From sequence record NC_005833.1: a stretch of 48,836 nucleotides of DNA; one strand, 5' to 3'. Shown piece by piece: positions 17,264-28,000 of the stretch (its first letter is position 1; every line of letters begins with the position of its first letter). The translations under genes were made by a program, and so were the position numbers. The notes under the pieces are model-generated. The model was not told the origin of the DNA and ran no database searches. It worked only from the letters and a program-made list of their open reading frames with translations. This stretch comes from Escherichia phage T1.

Positions 17264-17699
17264 TTATCAGATTCGTAGATTTCAAGGCGAGATTGATGCG
17301 TGGATTAATGCCGCTGAAAGCACGTTAGAACATGCTATTGAGATATTCGTAAGGGATGTTCACGACGCTCTTGTTAGCCGCTCCCCTGTTGATACAGGTC
17401 GATTCAAGGGTAACTGGCAGATAACTTTTAACGAAATCCCTAACCACGCATTAAACCGATACGATAAAACTGGCGGTGTCGTCAGGGGTGAGGAACAGGC
17501 AAAAACTTATGGCATGTTCAGCCGTGGCGGCGCGATAACATCCGTTCACTTTTCAAACATGTTGATTTATGCAAACGCTCTTGAGTACGGTCATTCACAG
17601 CAAGCACCGAGCGGCGTTGTCGGTCTTGTGGCGTTAAGGCTTAGATCATATATGGCTGACGCAATCAAGCAGGCAAGGAGACAGCAAAATGCACTATGA
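17256..17699 (+). CDS. tail completion / neck protein (positional)
   Basis: Track ORF 17160..17699 overlaps upstream gene; likely GTG start at 17256 overlapping upstream stop, after GAGGG. Confidence 0.35.
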   Translation: MANYQIRRFQGEIDAWINAAESTLEHAIEIFVRDVHDALVSRSPVDTGRFKGNWQITFNEIPNHALNRYDKTGGVVRGEEQAKTYGMFSRGGAITSVHFSNMLIYANALEYGHSQQAPSGVVGLVALRLRSYMADAIKQARRQQNAL

Positions 17700-18087
17700 G
17701 TTATCAGCGGCGGCGCGAGCCGCTTTTCTATCAAAGTACAGAGACTTTCCTCACTACATGGAAAACAGAAATTTCACACCGCCGAAGGATGGCGGGATGT
17801 GGCTGAGGTTCAACTACATTGAAGGGGATACGCTTTATCTATCCATTGACAGAAAGTGTAAATCTTACATCGCAATCGTTCAGATCGGCGTAGTGTTCCC
17901 TCCAGGCTCCGGCGTTGACGAAGCAAGATTGAAAGCAAAAGAGATTGCTGATTTTTTCAAAGATGGTAAAATGCTTAACGTTGGTTATATTTTCGAGGGT
18001 GCAATCGTGCATCAAATTGTTAAACATGAAAGCGGGTGGATGATTCCGGTTCGCTTTACAGTACGAGTAGACACAAAGGAGACTTAA
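17689..18087 (+). CDS. tail component protein (positional)
   Basis: Track ORF; overlaps neighbours. Confidence 0.4.
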   Translation: MHYELSAAARAAFLSKYRDFPHYMENRNFTPPKDGGMWLRFNYIEGDTLYLSIDRKCKSYIAIVQIGVVFPPGSGVDEARLKAKEIADFFKDGKMLNVGYIFEGAIVHQIVKHESGWMIPVRFTVRVDTKET

Positions 18088-18089
18088 TT

Positions 18090-18758
18090 ATGCACTTACC
18101 AAATGGCGCACAAATTTTCGTGGAAACCTCTCGCGGGGTAGAGGTTGAGGCAACCGCTATCACTAACGCAGAAAATCCTGTTGCTACAGTTGCATCTAAG
18201 GGTGACTTGGCAAAAGGTGATTACGTTATTGTAACTCAGTCAACTTGGGCAAAGATGGTTAGTCGAGTGCTAATTGTTACTGACGCTCAGGAAACAAGTA
18301 TCACTCTTGCTGGAATTGACACCTCCGATACTCTTGTTTTCCCGGCTGGCGGCACGATGAGCTTTGCAAAAATTACTGGCTGGACTGAGATCCCTTGCGT
18401 ACAGGAGATTGGTCAGGACGGCGGCGAGCAGCAGTATTACACTTATCAGTGTTTGTCCGACGATAAAGAGCAGCAGATCCCAACGTTTAAATCTGCGGTC
18501 TCGCTAACTTACACCTTCGCGCACGAATTTGATAACCCGATCTACCCGATTCTGCGCAAGCTGGATTCGTCTGGTCAGGTAACAGCGGTTCGAATGTACG
18601 TTCCGAAAGCGAGCGAAATGCGCATGTGGGCTGGCATCTTGTCGTTTAACGATATCCCATCCACGCAGGTTAACGAAATGGAAACGGTGGAACTCGCCGT
18701 ATCCCTGAAAGGTGACTTTACTTTCATCTCATCCACTCTGGCATCGCCTGGTGCTTAA
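18090..18758 (+). CDS. major tail (tube) protein
   Basis: Track ORF 18036..18758; start refined to ATG 18090 after AGGAGA; precedes chaperone and tape measure genes. Confidence 0.5.
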   Translation: MHLPNGAQIFVETSRGVEVEATAITNAENPVATVASKGDLAKGDYVIVTQSTWAKMVSRVLIVTDAQETSITLAGIDTSDTLVFPAGGTMSFAKITGWTEIPCVQEIGQDGGEQQYYTYQCLSDDKEQQIPTFKSAVSLTYTFAHEFDNPIYPILRKLDSSGQVTAVRMYVPKASEMRMWAGILSFNDIPSTQVNEMETVELAVSLKGDFTFISSTLASPGA

Positions 18759-18794
18759 ATACCATCCACAGGGGGCTTGCACCCCCTTATTCAT

Positions 18795-18850
18795 TTCTGT
18801 AAAATCATCTTATCAACTTTATTCGATTAACTTTTAACAAAAAGTGCTAT
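18795..18850 (-). promoter_or_regulatory. box copy in antisense orientation between major tail and chaperone genes
   Basis: Plus strand TTAACAAAAAGTGCTAT 18834-18850; reverse-strand reading has TAAGAT hexamer 22 nt downstream. Confidence 0.4.
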
Positions 18851-18871
18851 CAACCAATCAGGAGAAACATC

Positions 18872-19189
18872 ATGGCTAAATTCAATTTCGTGTTGGGCCA
18901 GCTTCCAGACTTCAAACTTCCGGTGACGTTCACCATGCCAAACGGCGAGGATGCGACTATTATTTTTACAGTACGCCACCTTTCCAGTAAAGAAGTGCAA
19001 GATATGTATGCGAAGCAGGGCGAAATGAATGATAGCGATTTCATCACTAAGATAGCATCAGGATGGAATCTGGAAGAAGAATTTAACGAAGAGAATACGC
19101 GTAAGCTGGTACAGTATTATCCTTCCGCAGCGTACAATCTGACGGCAACTTACATCAAGGCGCTCGCCGGACACCGCGCAAAAAACTAA
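18872..19189 (+). CDS. tail assembly chaperone (lambda G-like)
   Basis: 105-aa ORF directly upstream of tape measure gene; ends in slippery heptamer. Confidence 0.55.
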   Translation: MAKFNFVLGQLPDFKLPVTFTMPNGEDATIIFTVRHLSSKEVQDMYAKQGEMNDSDFITKIASGWNLEEEFNEENTRKLVQYYPSAAYNLTATYIKALAGHRAKN

Positions 19190-19506
19190 AAAGGGCGGTT
19201 TATCTGTTATATCAGAAACCGCCAACAGAAGAGCAATTAAGATCGGTTGGCCTCAGTCTTTCTGACTATGAAGACGAGGAACCGGAAACGATAATCGGCG
19301 ATGCTGAAATGGTGAAGGCGTGGAATGTTTTTACGTCAATGCTCACTCAGTGGAGAAGTTCAGGCGCTGGAGCTTATGGTCTTGACTATAATGTTTTGCC
19401 TATGTTGTTCAAAATCTATAAAATAGAAGATGAAGAACTGGCATTGCAGGACGTTAGGATCATGGAAGCGAAAGCGCTTGAAATGATTGCTAAGCAAAAC
19501 AACTAA
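18872..19506 (+). CDS. tail assembly chaperone, -1 frameshift extended form (lambda G-T-like)
   Basis: The -1 frame is open from 19186 through ORF 19309..19506; slippery A_AAA_AAC at 19180-19186; stem-loop 19194-19223. Confidence 0.45.
19180..19223 (+). other. programmed -1 ribosomal frameshift site (slippery heptamer plus stem-loop)
   Basis: A_AAA_AAC at 19180-19186 as last codons of chaperone ORF; 7-nt spacer; stem GGCGGTTT 19194-19201 / AAACCGCC 19216-19223. Confidence 0.5.
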
Positions 19507-19546
19507 GCCGCCGTTTGGCGGTTTTTTCGTATATAGGGGGGGTTAT

Positions 19547-22420
19547 ATGGTTGATAAGGTAGCAGGTCTATCTCTTGACGTTGACGTGTCAACAGTTCAG
19601 CGCGCTGTCAAGTCACTGAAAGAGTTTTCAAAGGCCAACGATCAGGCCGCTGATTCTATGGGTTCTTTAATCAATGAGTCAGAGGTTGCAAAACAGAAGG
19701 CCAAAGAACACGCCGAACAACTCAGGCGCCAGAGAAAAGAGTATGAGGCCGTGGAGAAGGCAATCGATCCTACAGTATCAAAAATGGAAAGGTTGAAGAT
19801 TGCATCTCAGCAGCTTGATAAACTCTGGCAGCAGGGAGTCGTTCCAGATGAGACTTTTTTCCGTTTGGGTGAAATGCTGGATCTGCAAAACGCAAAACTT
19901 GCTCGCAGCCGGGCCATGCTGACAGAAGAAGGGCAGGCAGCATTGCAAGAGGCGAAAGCAAAAGAGCAGGCGGCAGTGCGTAGCAAGGCGTTCATGGATG
20001 CCCTGAATGGTCAAGTTAACGCGATCGGTAAGACTCATGCTGAATTGATGGAACTGAAAGCGGCTGAGCTTGGTTTATCGAAAGAAGCAGCACCACTAAT
20101 CGCAAAACTTAAAGATCAAGGCCGGGCTATGAATGCAGCAGGTATTAGCGCCGGGGAATACAGACAGGCAATGCGAATGCTTCCTGCGCAGATCACAGAT
20201 GTCGTAACATCTCTTGCATCCGGTATGCCAGTATGGATGGTTGCTATCCAACAGGGCGGTCAGATTAAGGATTCGTTCGGCGGGATCGGTAACACGTTTA
20301 AAGTGTTGCTGAGTTATATTAATCCGGTCACGGCAGGTGTTGGCGTTCTTGTTGGTTCGTTAGGTATTCTAGCGAAAGCTGGTTATGACTCTTACAAATC
20401 AATAACTGATATTCAGAATGCGCTTATTGAGACTGGAGGTTATGCAGGTGTTACGGCTGAAGAGCTTGATTCAGTGTCTAAAAAGATCGCGCAGACAAGC
20501 AACTCAACCATTGGGAGTATTCGCGAGATTGTAACGGAGTTGGCGAGTTCTGGTAAGTACACCCGCGAGCAGATCCAGAACATCACTAAGGCTACCGCAG
20601 AGTGGTCAGCGTCAACAGGAAAATCAGCAAGTCAAATTATTTCTGAGTTCGAAAAAATAGCAAGCGATCCGGTAAAAGGACTGAAGAAGTTAAACGAGCA
20701 ATATAATTTCCTTGAAAAAGGGCAGCTTACCTATATCGATACATTAAGCCGGACGAAAGGAGAAACTGAGGCTGTATCAGAGGCTACAAAACTATTCGCA
20801 GACGTAATGGAAAAGCGAATGAAGTCGATCGCGGATAACGCTACTCCTCTGGAAAAGATGTGGAGCGATATTAAACAATGGGCTTCGGACGCGTGGGGAT
20901 GGGTTGGTGATCATACACTCGGGGCACTAAACCTGATTATCGACGTTGTTCAGGGTACAGTGATTCAGGTTAAAATGATTCTTGCGAAGGGTGATGAATA
21001 CATCTCAAACTTTATCGCCTCAGCCATAAAGGCAACTCAGTCACTGCCTGGAATGAGTGACTTCGGCGCTGATGTACTGAAGGAGCAGGAGAATATTGTA
21101 AAAAGTTCTCGCGACAACTACGATCAGTTAGCTTCAGATCTTGACGCTATTAACGCTCGTGTAGAAAAAGGCGAGATGGGATACATTGAAGCAATGAGGC
21201 AGCGCCGCACCCTTGAAAAGCAGTACAGTGAGGAAACTAAGGAGGCAATAAGGAAAGAAGCAGAAGAGATCGAGAAGCGAAACCGAGAACGAAATAAGCA
21301 GTCGAAAATTGTACGATCACCGACAGAGCAATTCGACAAGGAGTTAATTTCACTCAGGGCTCAACTTAAGGTATTGCAGGAGCATAAGGAGATCGGTCAA
21401 AAACTATCAGCACAGAGAAAGGCGCTGTTTACAACTGAGGCTACGATCGCTGTTCTTCGCGAAGCTAGTTCTAAGCGCCAGTTGTCTGCGGAAGAAAAAG
21501 CGTTGCTGGCAAGTCAGGAGAGAGTTATTGAGCTTGCGAAACAGAAGGCCGAGATTGGCGATCAGATTGTTAAGCAACAGCAGTTGAATGATCTTACCGA
21601 TAAATCTCTGAAGTTTGTCAATGAGATGACGGCGGCGACGGAACAGCTTAACGCGTCACGCGGTCTTAGTACTCGCGACATGGAACGACAAGCTGAACTA
21701 GCTAAAATCACCACTGATTACATCAACTCCGGCGGCAGCGAAGGAGACGAGAAACTTCAGAACATGATTAAGGCGCAAAATGATTACTACGCTGCGGAAG
21801 ATGCCAAGCGAGCTGACTGGTTGGCAGGTGCTGAAAGTGCTTTTGCTGATTACGGTGATGCAGCAATGGATATGTACGGCAATGTTAACGAGATCGCGTC
21901 AAGTGCCCTTAACGGAATGTCAGATATGATGGTTCAATTTCTGACCACAGGAAAAGCGAACTTTGAGGACTTTGCGAAAAATATCATCGGCATGATTATA
22001 AAGATGATTGCTCAGATGGTAATCTTCAATACGATCTCAGGCATGATGGGCGGTAAGACGTGGAGCTTTGCTGGAGGGGCGTCGTCTGGTGCTTCTGCGG
22101 CATCACAGGCAACCCCTACACCTGCTGCTTCTGTTTTTAGATCTGTATCTTCCGGCGGGGCCGCTGTATCACTTGCTGCCGCAGCGGGTAGCGTGGCAAC
22201 CTCTGGATTCAACGCATCAAACTCGGCGCCAAAGGTGGTAAACCATTCAGGAGGTGGAACGGTCGTTGACGTTAGCGGAATGGAGGTGAAAGTTGACAAC
22301 GGTTCAGATCCGAGGGGGATTTCTCAGGGCGTGGAAATGATGTTCAAAAAAATGATTCGTGAGTCTTGTTCGCAGGGCGGCGAGGTTTATAATTACATTC
22401 AGGAAAAAACAGGAGGCTAA
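19547..22420 (+). CDS. tail tape measure protein
   Basis: Track ORF 19487..22420; start refined to ATG 19547 after G-rich RBS; long helical Ala/Glu/Lys/Gln-rich protein with Gly/Ala/Ser-rich C-terminus. Confidence 0.85.
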
Positions 22421-22422
22421 TA

Positions 22423-22776
22423 ATGGCGACACTTGACACTTTTGGTTGGTGTACGCAGGTTCAAGGGGGCGGTGGCTCCCTTACCACTACCAACAGCGAC
22501 CGCTCTATTCAGTTCGGTAACGGGTACATGCAACTTGCATCATCTGGATTTAACACCACGCGGCGTGAATATTCAGTCGTCTATGCCGGGGAAGATTTCA
22601 TGGCTGTTTACGACTTCTGCAACTCTCACCGCATTAAGCCGTTCGCATGGACGCCGCCGGACGGTAAGATCGGGATATGGGTAGTAAAGCCTAACAGTTT
22701 GGGAGCGAAGCCAGTATCGCGCGACGTGATGGAGATTAACGTCACGTTTATGGAGCAATTTACATCTATGGAGTAA
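22423..22776 (+). CDS. minor tail protein (lambda M-like)
   Basis: 117-aa ORF directly after tape measure gene. Confidence 0.55.
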   Translation: MATLDTFGWCTQVQGGGGSLTTTNSDRSIQFGNGYMQLASSGFNTTRREYSVVYAGEDFMAVYDFCNSHRIKPFAWTPPDGKIGIWVVKPNSLGAKPVSRDVMEINVTFMEQFTSME

Positions 22777-22792
22777 CGCCATATAACAAAAG

Positions 22793-22827
22793 CCCGCCTT
22801 GCGCGGGTTTTTTTGTAGCTGTAGAAT
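22793..22827 (+). promoter_or_regulatory. terminator-promoter composite between M-like and L-like genes
   Basis: Hairpin CCCGC cttg GCGGG plus T7 run; overlapping TTGCGC 22799-22804, 17 nt, TAGAAT 22822-22827. Confidence 0.55.
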
Positions 22828-22855
22828 GGTTGCAGGTAAACAAGAGGAAAAATCA

Positions 22856-23638
22856 ATGAGCGAAAACAAAAAACTTTATGATGAAGAAAGCGGAAAGAGC
22901 CTGTTTCACAACTGCCTTCAATCACTATATCCGGGAGAGATAATCACTCTCATCGAAGTTGATGGTAGTAAGTTCGGCGCTCAGGTGTACCGATTCCACG
23001 GTGAGAATATCCAGTACACTCCAGAAGAAATCATGCAGGCCCAGCAAACTGGAACGCTACCGCCGAAGGAAATTACATTCCGTGGCGAGAAATACGGGGC
23101 GCGACCGTTCGGTATATCCGGGATCTCGTTTGACAGTTCCGGGAAGGCAACAAAACCACAATTAACGGTGGCAAACATTGATAGTCGCGTATCTGCGATG
23201 ATTCGTGCATATAACGGACTAATGCAAGCTAAGGTGACTATCTGGATAACTCAGCGTGAGCTTATTAACTCCGATGGCTCAATCGCTGATGGAGCTTACC
23301 GTAAACTGGTATACTATATCGAGCGTCCGAACTATGTTGATAAAAGCGTTGCGCGGTTCGATCTCACATCACCTTACGATATGGACGGCATAATGATCCC
23401 GTCTCGACTCACGCAAAGCGTATGCTATTTTGCACAACGAGGGTGGTATAAAACAGGGAAAGGCTGCGGATACAACGGGCAAAATGGTTACTTCGATAAA
23501 GACAATAATCCTGTAGACGATCCGTCGCTGGATTTTTGCCCGGGAACGGTAACGGCCTGCCGCCTGAGATTCGGCGCAAACAATGAATTGGATTTTGGCG
23601 GTTGCGCTGTCGCTTCATTACAGAGGAAAAATCAATGA
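22856..23638 (+). CDS. minor tail protein (lambda L-like)
   Basis: Track ORF 22799..23638; start refined to ATG 22856 after AAGAGGA; C-terminal cysteine cluster. Confidence 0.6.
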   Translation: MSENKKLYDEESGKSLFHNCLQSLYPGEIITLIEVDGSKFGAQVYRFHGENIQYTPEEIMQAQQTGTLPPKEITFRGEKYGARPFGISGISFDSSGKATKPQLTVANIDSRVSAMIRAYNGLMQAKVTIWITQRELINSDGSIADGAYRKLVYYIERPNYVDKSVARFDLTSPYDMDGIMIPSRLTQSVCYFAQRGWYKTGKGCGYNGQNGYFDKDNNPVDDPSLDFCPGTVTACRLRFGANNELDFGGCAVASLQRKNQ

Positions 23639-24369
23639 TTAGTGCAAAAATTAAACTTGAAATTATGACTCACGCTCAGGAAGAATACCCCCGCGAATGC
23701 TGCGGGGTAGTCACCCAAAAGGGCCGCGTGCAAAAATACCATCGCATTGATAATGTGCATCGTGATCCCGAGAATCATTTCATGATGGATGCTGTACAAT
23801 ACGCTTGCATTGAGGACGATGCGGAATCAACAACAATAGCAATTGTTCACAGCCACACAGGAGACGGGGCTACAACTCTACCAAGCGCTCACGATACGTG
23901 CATGTGCAACGAGATGGAAGTTACCTGGATTATTGTTAGCGTGCCGGAAGGGGATATGCGATTTGTGAAGCCGGAGAAATTGCCTCTGATTGGTCGTCCG
24001 TGGTCATTAGGATCATTCGACTGTTACGGTCTTGTTATGGCGTGGCACAAAGAGCACGGCGTAGAATTGCGCGATCGCCGATTGAATTTTGAATGGTGGA
24101 AACCTGAGTACGGAATTAATCTCTATCAGGATTATTACAAGCAGGATGGCTTCGTTGAGATTCCAGATCAGAATAATCCGTCATTCGGTGATATGGTAAT
24201 CATGCAGATAGGGCAAAACGTTCCGGTATGGAACCATGCAGGGATTTACCTGGGAGATAATCAGATCTTGCATCATGCCTTCGGCAAGCTATCTCGTCGT
24301 GATATTTATTCCGGATGGTATCAGGATCATACTGTTTTAATCGTTCGCCATAAGGATCTTAAATTATGA
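23635..24369 (+). CDS. tail assembly protein (lambda K-like; MPN/JAB plus NlpC/P60-type)
   Basis: Track ORF 23602..24369; start refined to ATG 23635 (ATGA overlap); HSHTG..D metal-site-like motif, Cys/His pairs. Confidence 0.6.
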   Translation: MISAKIKLEIMTHAQEEYPRECCGVVTQKGRVQKYHRIDNVHRDPENHFMMDAVQYACIEDDAESTTIAIVHSHTGDGATTLPSAHDTCMCNEMEVTWIIVSVPEGDMRFVKPEKLPLIGRPWSLGSFDCYGLVMAWHKEHGVELRDRRLNFEWWKPEYGINLYQDYYKQDGFVEIPDQNNPSFGDMVIMQIGQNVPVWNHAGIYLGDNQILHHAFGKLSRRDIYSGWYQDHTVLIVRHKDLKL

Positions 24370-24965
24370 ATGATGTAAAAGTAATTAAATTGTCAGGTTC
24401 ACTTGGGAGACGCTTCGGCGTCTTTCACCGTTACGCTGTTGACTCTTACCCGGAAGCCATACGGGCGCTATCCAGTCAGGTTGACGGATTTAAAGAATAC
24501 ATGCAAAGCGAGGTAGGATCTCGTAGCAAGTTTGCAATATTTGTGGATGGCGTTAACGTGGGACACCATGAAGAGGAAAAATTCAAGTGCGCGAAAGAGA
24601 TAAGAATCGTACCGATCCCTACTGGCTCTAAGACAGGAGGTCTATTTCAGGTTGTATTGGGCGCGGCAATAATGGTTGCAGCATTCTATACTGGCGGCGC
24701 GTCTCTGGCTTTAATGGGCACAATGTCCTCGTCTCTGTTTATGATGGGCGGCGCTATGGTGCTGGGCGGCGTGATGCAGATGATTTCACCGCAGCCGGGT
24801 GGCGCAAACTTTGAAGTTCAATCAAGCAAGAATAAACCTTCGTACGCGTTCGGCGGTGCTGTCAATACGACGGCGGCGGGATACCCTCTCCCGGTCCCGT
24901 ATGGATATCGCGCCGGAGGTGGGGCAACTTTCTCAGCAGGTTCTTATGCCGAGGATATGAGTTAA
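24366..24965 (+). CDS. tail assembly protein (lambda I-like)
   Basis: 199-aa ORF with Gly/Ala-rich hydrophobic C-terminal half; ATGA overlap with upstream gene. Confidence 0.6.
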   Translation: MNDVKVIKLSGSLGRRFGVFHRYAVDSYPEAIRALSSQVDGFKEYMQSEVGSRSKFAIFVDGVNVGHHEEEKFKCAKEIRIVPIPTGSKTGGLFQVVLGAAIMVAAFYTGGASLALMGTMSSSLFMMGGAMVLGGVMQMISPQPGGANFEVQSSKNKPSYAFGGAVNTTAAGYPLPVPYGYRAGGGATFSAGSYAEDMS

Positions 24966-24971
24966 AATTAA

Positions 24972-25006
24972 CCCGCCTTGCGCGGGTTTTTTTTCGCCTG
25001 TATAAT
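24972..25006 (+). promoter_or_regulatory. terminator-promoter composite between I-like and J-like genes (near-identical second copy)
   Basis: Same CCCGCCTTGCGCGGG + T-run; TTGCGC 24978-24983, 17 nt, TATAAT 25001-25006. Confidence 0.55.
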
Positions 25007-25042
25007 GAGTCCACCGATAAATAGCACAAAAAGGTAAACATC

Positions 25043-28000
25043 ATGATTCAAAAAGTGATAAGCGGATCTAAAGGTGGGTCACAGAAGCCTCATAACCCAG
25101 TTGAGATGGAGGACAATCTAATCTCAATCAACAAAATCAAGATCCTGTTAGCTGTATCTGATGGTGAAATTGACGAAACATTCAGCCTGAAGCAGTTGAT
25201 GTTTAACTCAGTCCCGGTGCAAAACGAGGATGGCTCATTTAACTTCGAGGGAGTAAAGGCAGAGTTCAGACCGGGGACGCAGACTCAGGAATATATCAAG
25301 GGAATGGAAGATAGCTCTAGTGAGGTAACTGTAAATCGTGAGGTTACTACCGATAACCCATACACAATCTCAGTAACCAACAAAACGCTGTCGGCAATCC
25401 GTATCAAAATGTTCATGCCTCGCGGCGTACGAATTGAAAGTAACGGTGATAAAAATGGCGTAAGAGTTGAGTATGAGGTGCAACAAGCTGTTGATGGCGG
25501 CTCGTTTGAGACGGTGCTCACCGATGTAATCGAAGGCAAAACAATGTCAGGTTACGATCGAAGCAGACGTGTAAACCTACCTAACTTCAACAATCAGGTG
25601 ATATTCAGAGTGGTTCGGAAAACTCCAGACTCTAACGACTCGAACGTTGTTGACGCGATTCAGGTAAAGAGCTATGCCGAGGTGATTGATGCCAAATTCC
25701 GTTATCCGCTGACTGGTCTTCTTTTTGTCGAGTTTGATTCGAAGATGTTCCCAAACCAGTTACCTACGATCTCAATTCGTAAGCGCTGGAAGATTGTAAA
25801 CGTTCCGTCAAACTATGATCCAGAATCACGAACTTATAACGGAAATTGGGATGGAACTTTTAAGAAGGCATGGACGAATAATCCGGCCTGGGTGCTTTAT
25901 GACCTGATGATTAATCAGCGTTATGGCTTGGATCAGAAAGAGCTTGGTATCGCTGTAGATAAATGGGCGCTCTACGAGGCTGCGCAATATTGCGATCAGA
26001 TGGTTCCTGATGGGAAGGGCGGGACGGAACCTCGATACCTTTGCGACGTGATAATCCAGTCTCAGACTGACGCTTACAAGGTTATCCGAGATATTTGCTC
26101 AATCTTTCGTGGTATGAGCTTTTGGAATGGTGAGAGCATTTCGGTAATCATCGACAGGCCGCGTGAACCTGCGTACATCTTCACTAACGACAACGTTGTT
26201 AATGGTGACTTCTCCTACACGTTCGCAAGCGAAAAGAGCATGTACACGACGTGTAATGTGATGTTTGATGATGAACAAAACATGTATCAGCAGGACGTTG
26301 AGCCAGTATTCGATCGTGAGGCTACTCTACGGTTTGGGAACAACGTTACGAGCATTACAGCGATCGGTTGCACACGTCGAAGCGAGGCCAACCGACGCGG
26401 GAGATGGATTCTGAAAACTAACCTCCGCAGCACTACGGTAAACTTCGCTACCGGGCTTGAGGGCATGATCCCGACAATCGGAGATGTTGTGGCAATAGCT
26501 GATAACTTCTGGTCAAGTAACTTGACAATGAACCTGTCAGGGCGTTTGCTCGAAGTGTCTGGAAGTCAGATTTTCTTGCCGTTCCGGGTGGATGCACGCG
26601 CTGGTGACTTTATTATCGTAAATAAGCCAGATGGCAAGCCTGTGAAGCGCACAATCTCAAGTGTTAGTGCGGATGGTAAGACTATAGAGGTTAACATTGG
26701 CTTTGGCTTTCCTGTGAAGCCTAACACGGTATTCGCTATCGACCGCACCGACATTGCGTTACAGCAGTACGTCGTGACAAAAATCGATAAGGGCGATGAT
26801 GATGAGGAATTTACCTACAAAATAACGGCGGTGGAGTACGATCCTAACAAGTATGATGAGATTGATTACGGAGTTAACATCGACGACCGACCGACGAGCA
26901 TCGTTGAACCAGATCAGATCCCTAGACCGAAAAATGTGCAAGTATCCTCAGAGTCGAGAATCGTCCAGGGGATGAGCGTAGAAACGATGATTGTTAGCTG
27001 GGATAAAGTTCCGTACGCTGTTTTCTATGACGTCCAGTGGCGAAAGGATAACGGCAACTGGCAAAATGTACCGCAGACAGCAAACAAAGAGGTATACGTT
27101 GAAGGTATTTACGCTGGCAACTATCAGGTTCGCGTTCGCTCAGTCGCTGGTTCGGGCACGACTTCAGGCTGGTCAAATATCGTCGCGGCAACGTTGACGG
27201 GTAAACAGGGTGAACCGGGCCGACCGATTAACCTCACAGCTACGGATGATGTTGTTTTTGGTATCCGTACAAAATGGGGGTTCTCTGATGGTTCTGGAGA
27301 TACAGCCTATACAGAGTTGCAACAGTCACCGGATGGAACAGTGGATAACGCAAGTTTGCTTTCTTTGATTCCGTATCCGCAGCATGAGTATTATCACTCA
27401 CCAATGCCTGGAGGGAATATTGTTTGGTATCGGGTAAGGACGGTTGACAGGATCGGTAACGTGTCTCAGTGGACTGATTTTGTCAGAGGTATGGCATCAA
27501 CAAACGTTGACGATATCATTGGGGAGATTTCTGTTGATATCGAAAACTCACCTGGTTACGAGTGGCTTGTTGATAACGCAACAGACAACGCGGCGCAGAA
27601 CTCAGCTAACGCAGAGGCAGCAATAGAAAACGCGCTCGCCAATGACAAAGACGCGATCTACATGAAGAAGGAGAACGGAAAACGAAAAGCTGAGTACACG
27701 AAATCACTGAAACTTATTGCTGATGAGACGCAGGCACGAGTGACGGCGATCGAGCAATTGAAGGCAAGTTTTGGCGATCAGATTAGCGCTAGCAACAGCG
27801 AGCTGCGTGAGGTTATCGCAACCGAGACTGAAGCACTATCGCGTGAGATTGACCAGCTTAAGGCTCAGATTGGTGACGATATTCAGGCAAGTCTGACTGA
27901 TATTCGGGAGGTTATCGCAACCGAGACTGAAGCACTATCGCGTGAGATTGACCAGCTTAAGGCTCAGATTGGTGACGATATTCAGGCAAGTCTGACTGAT

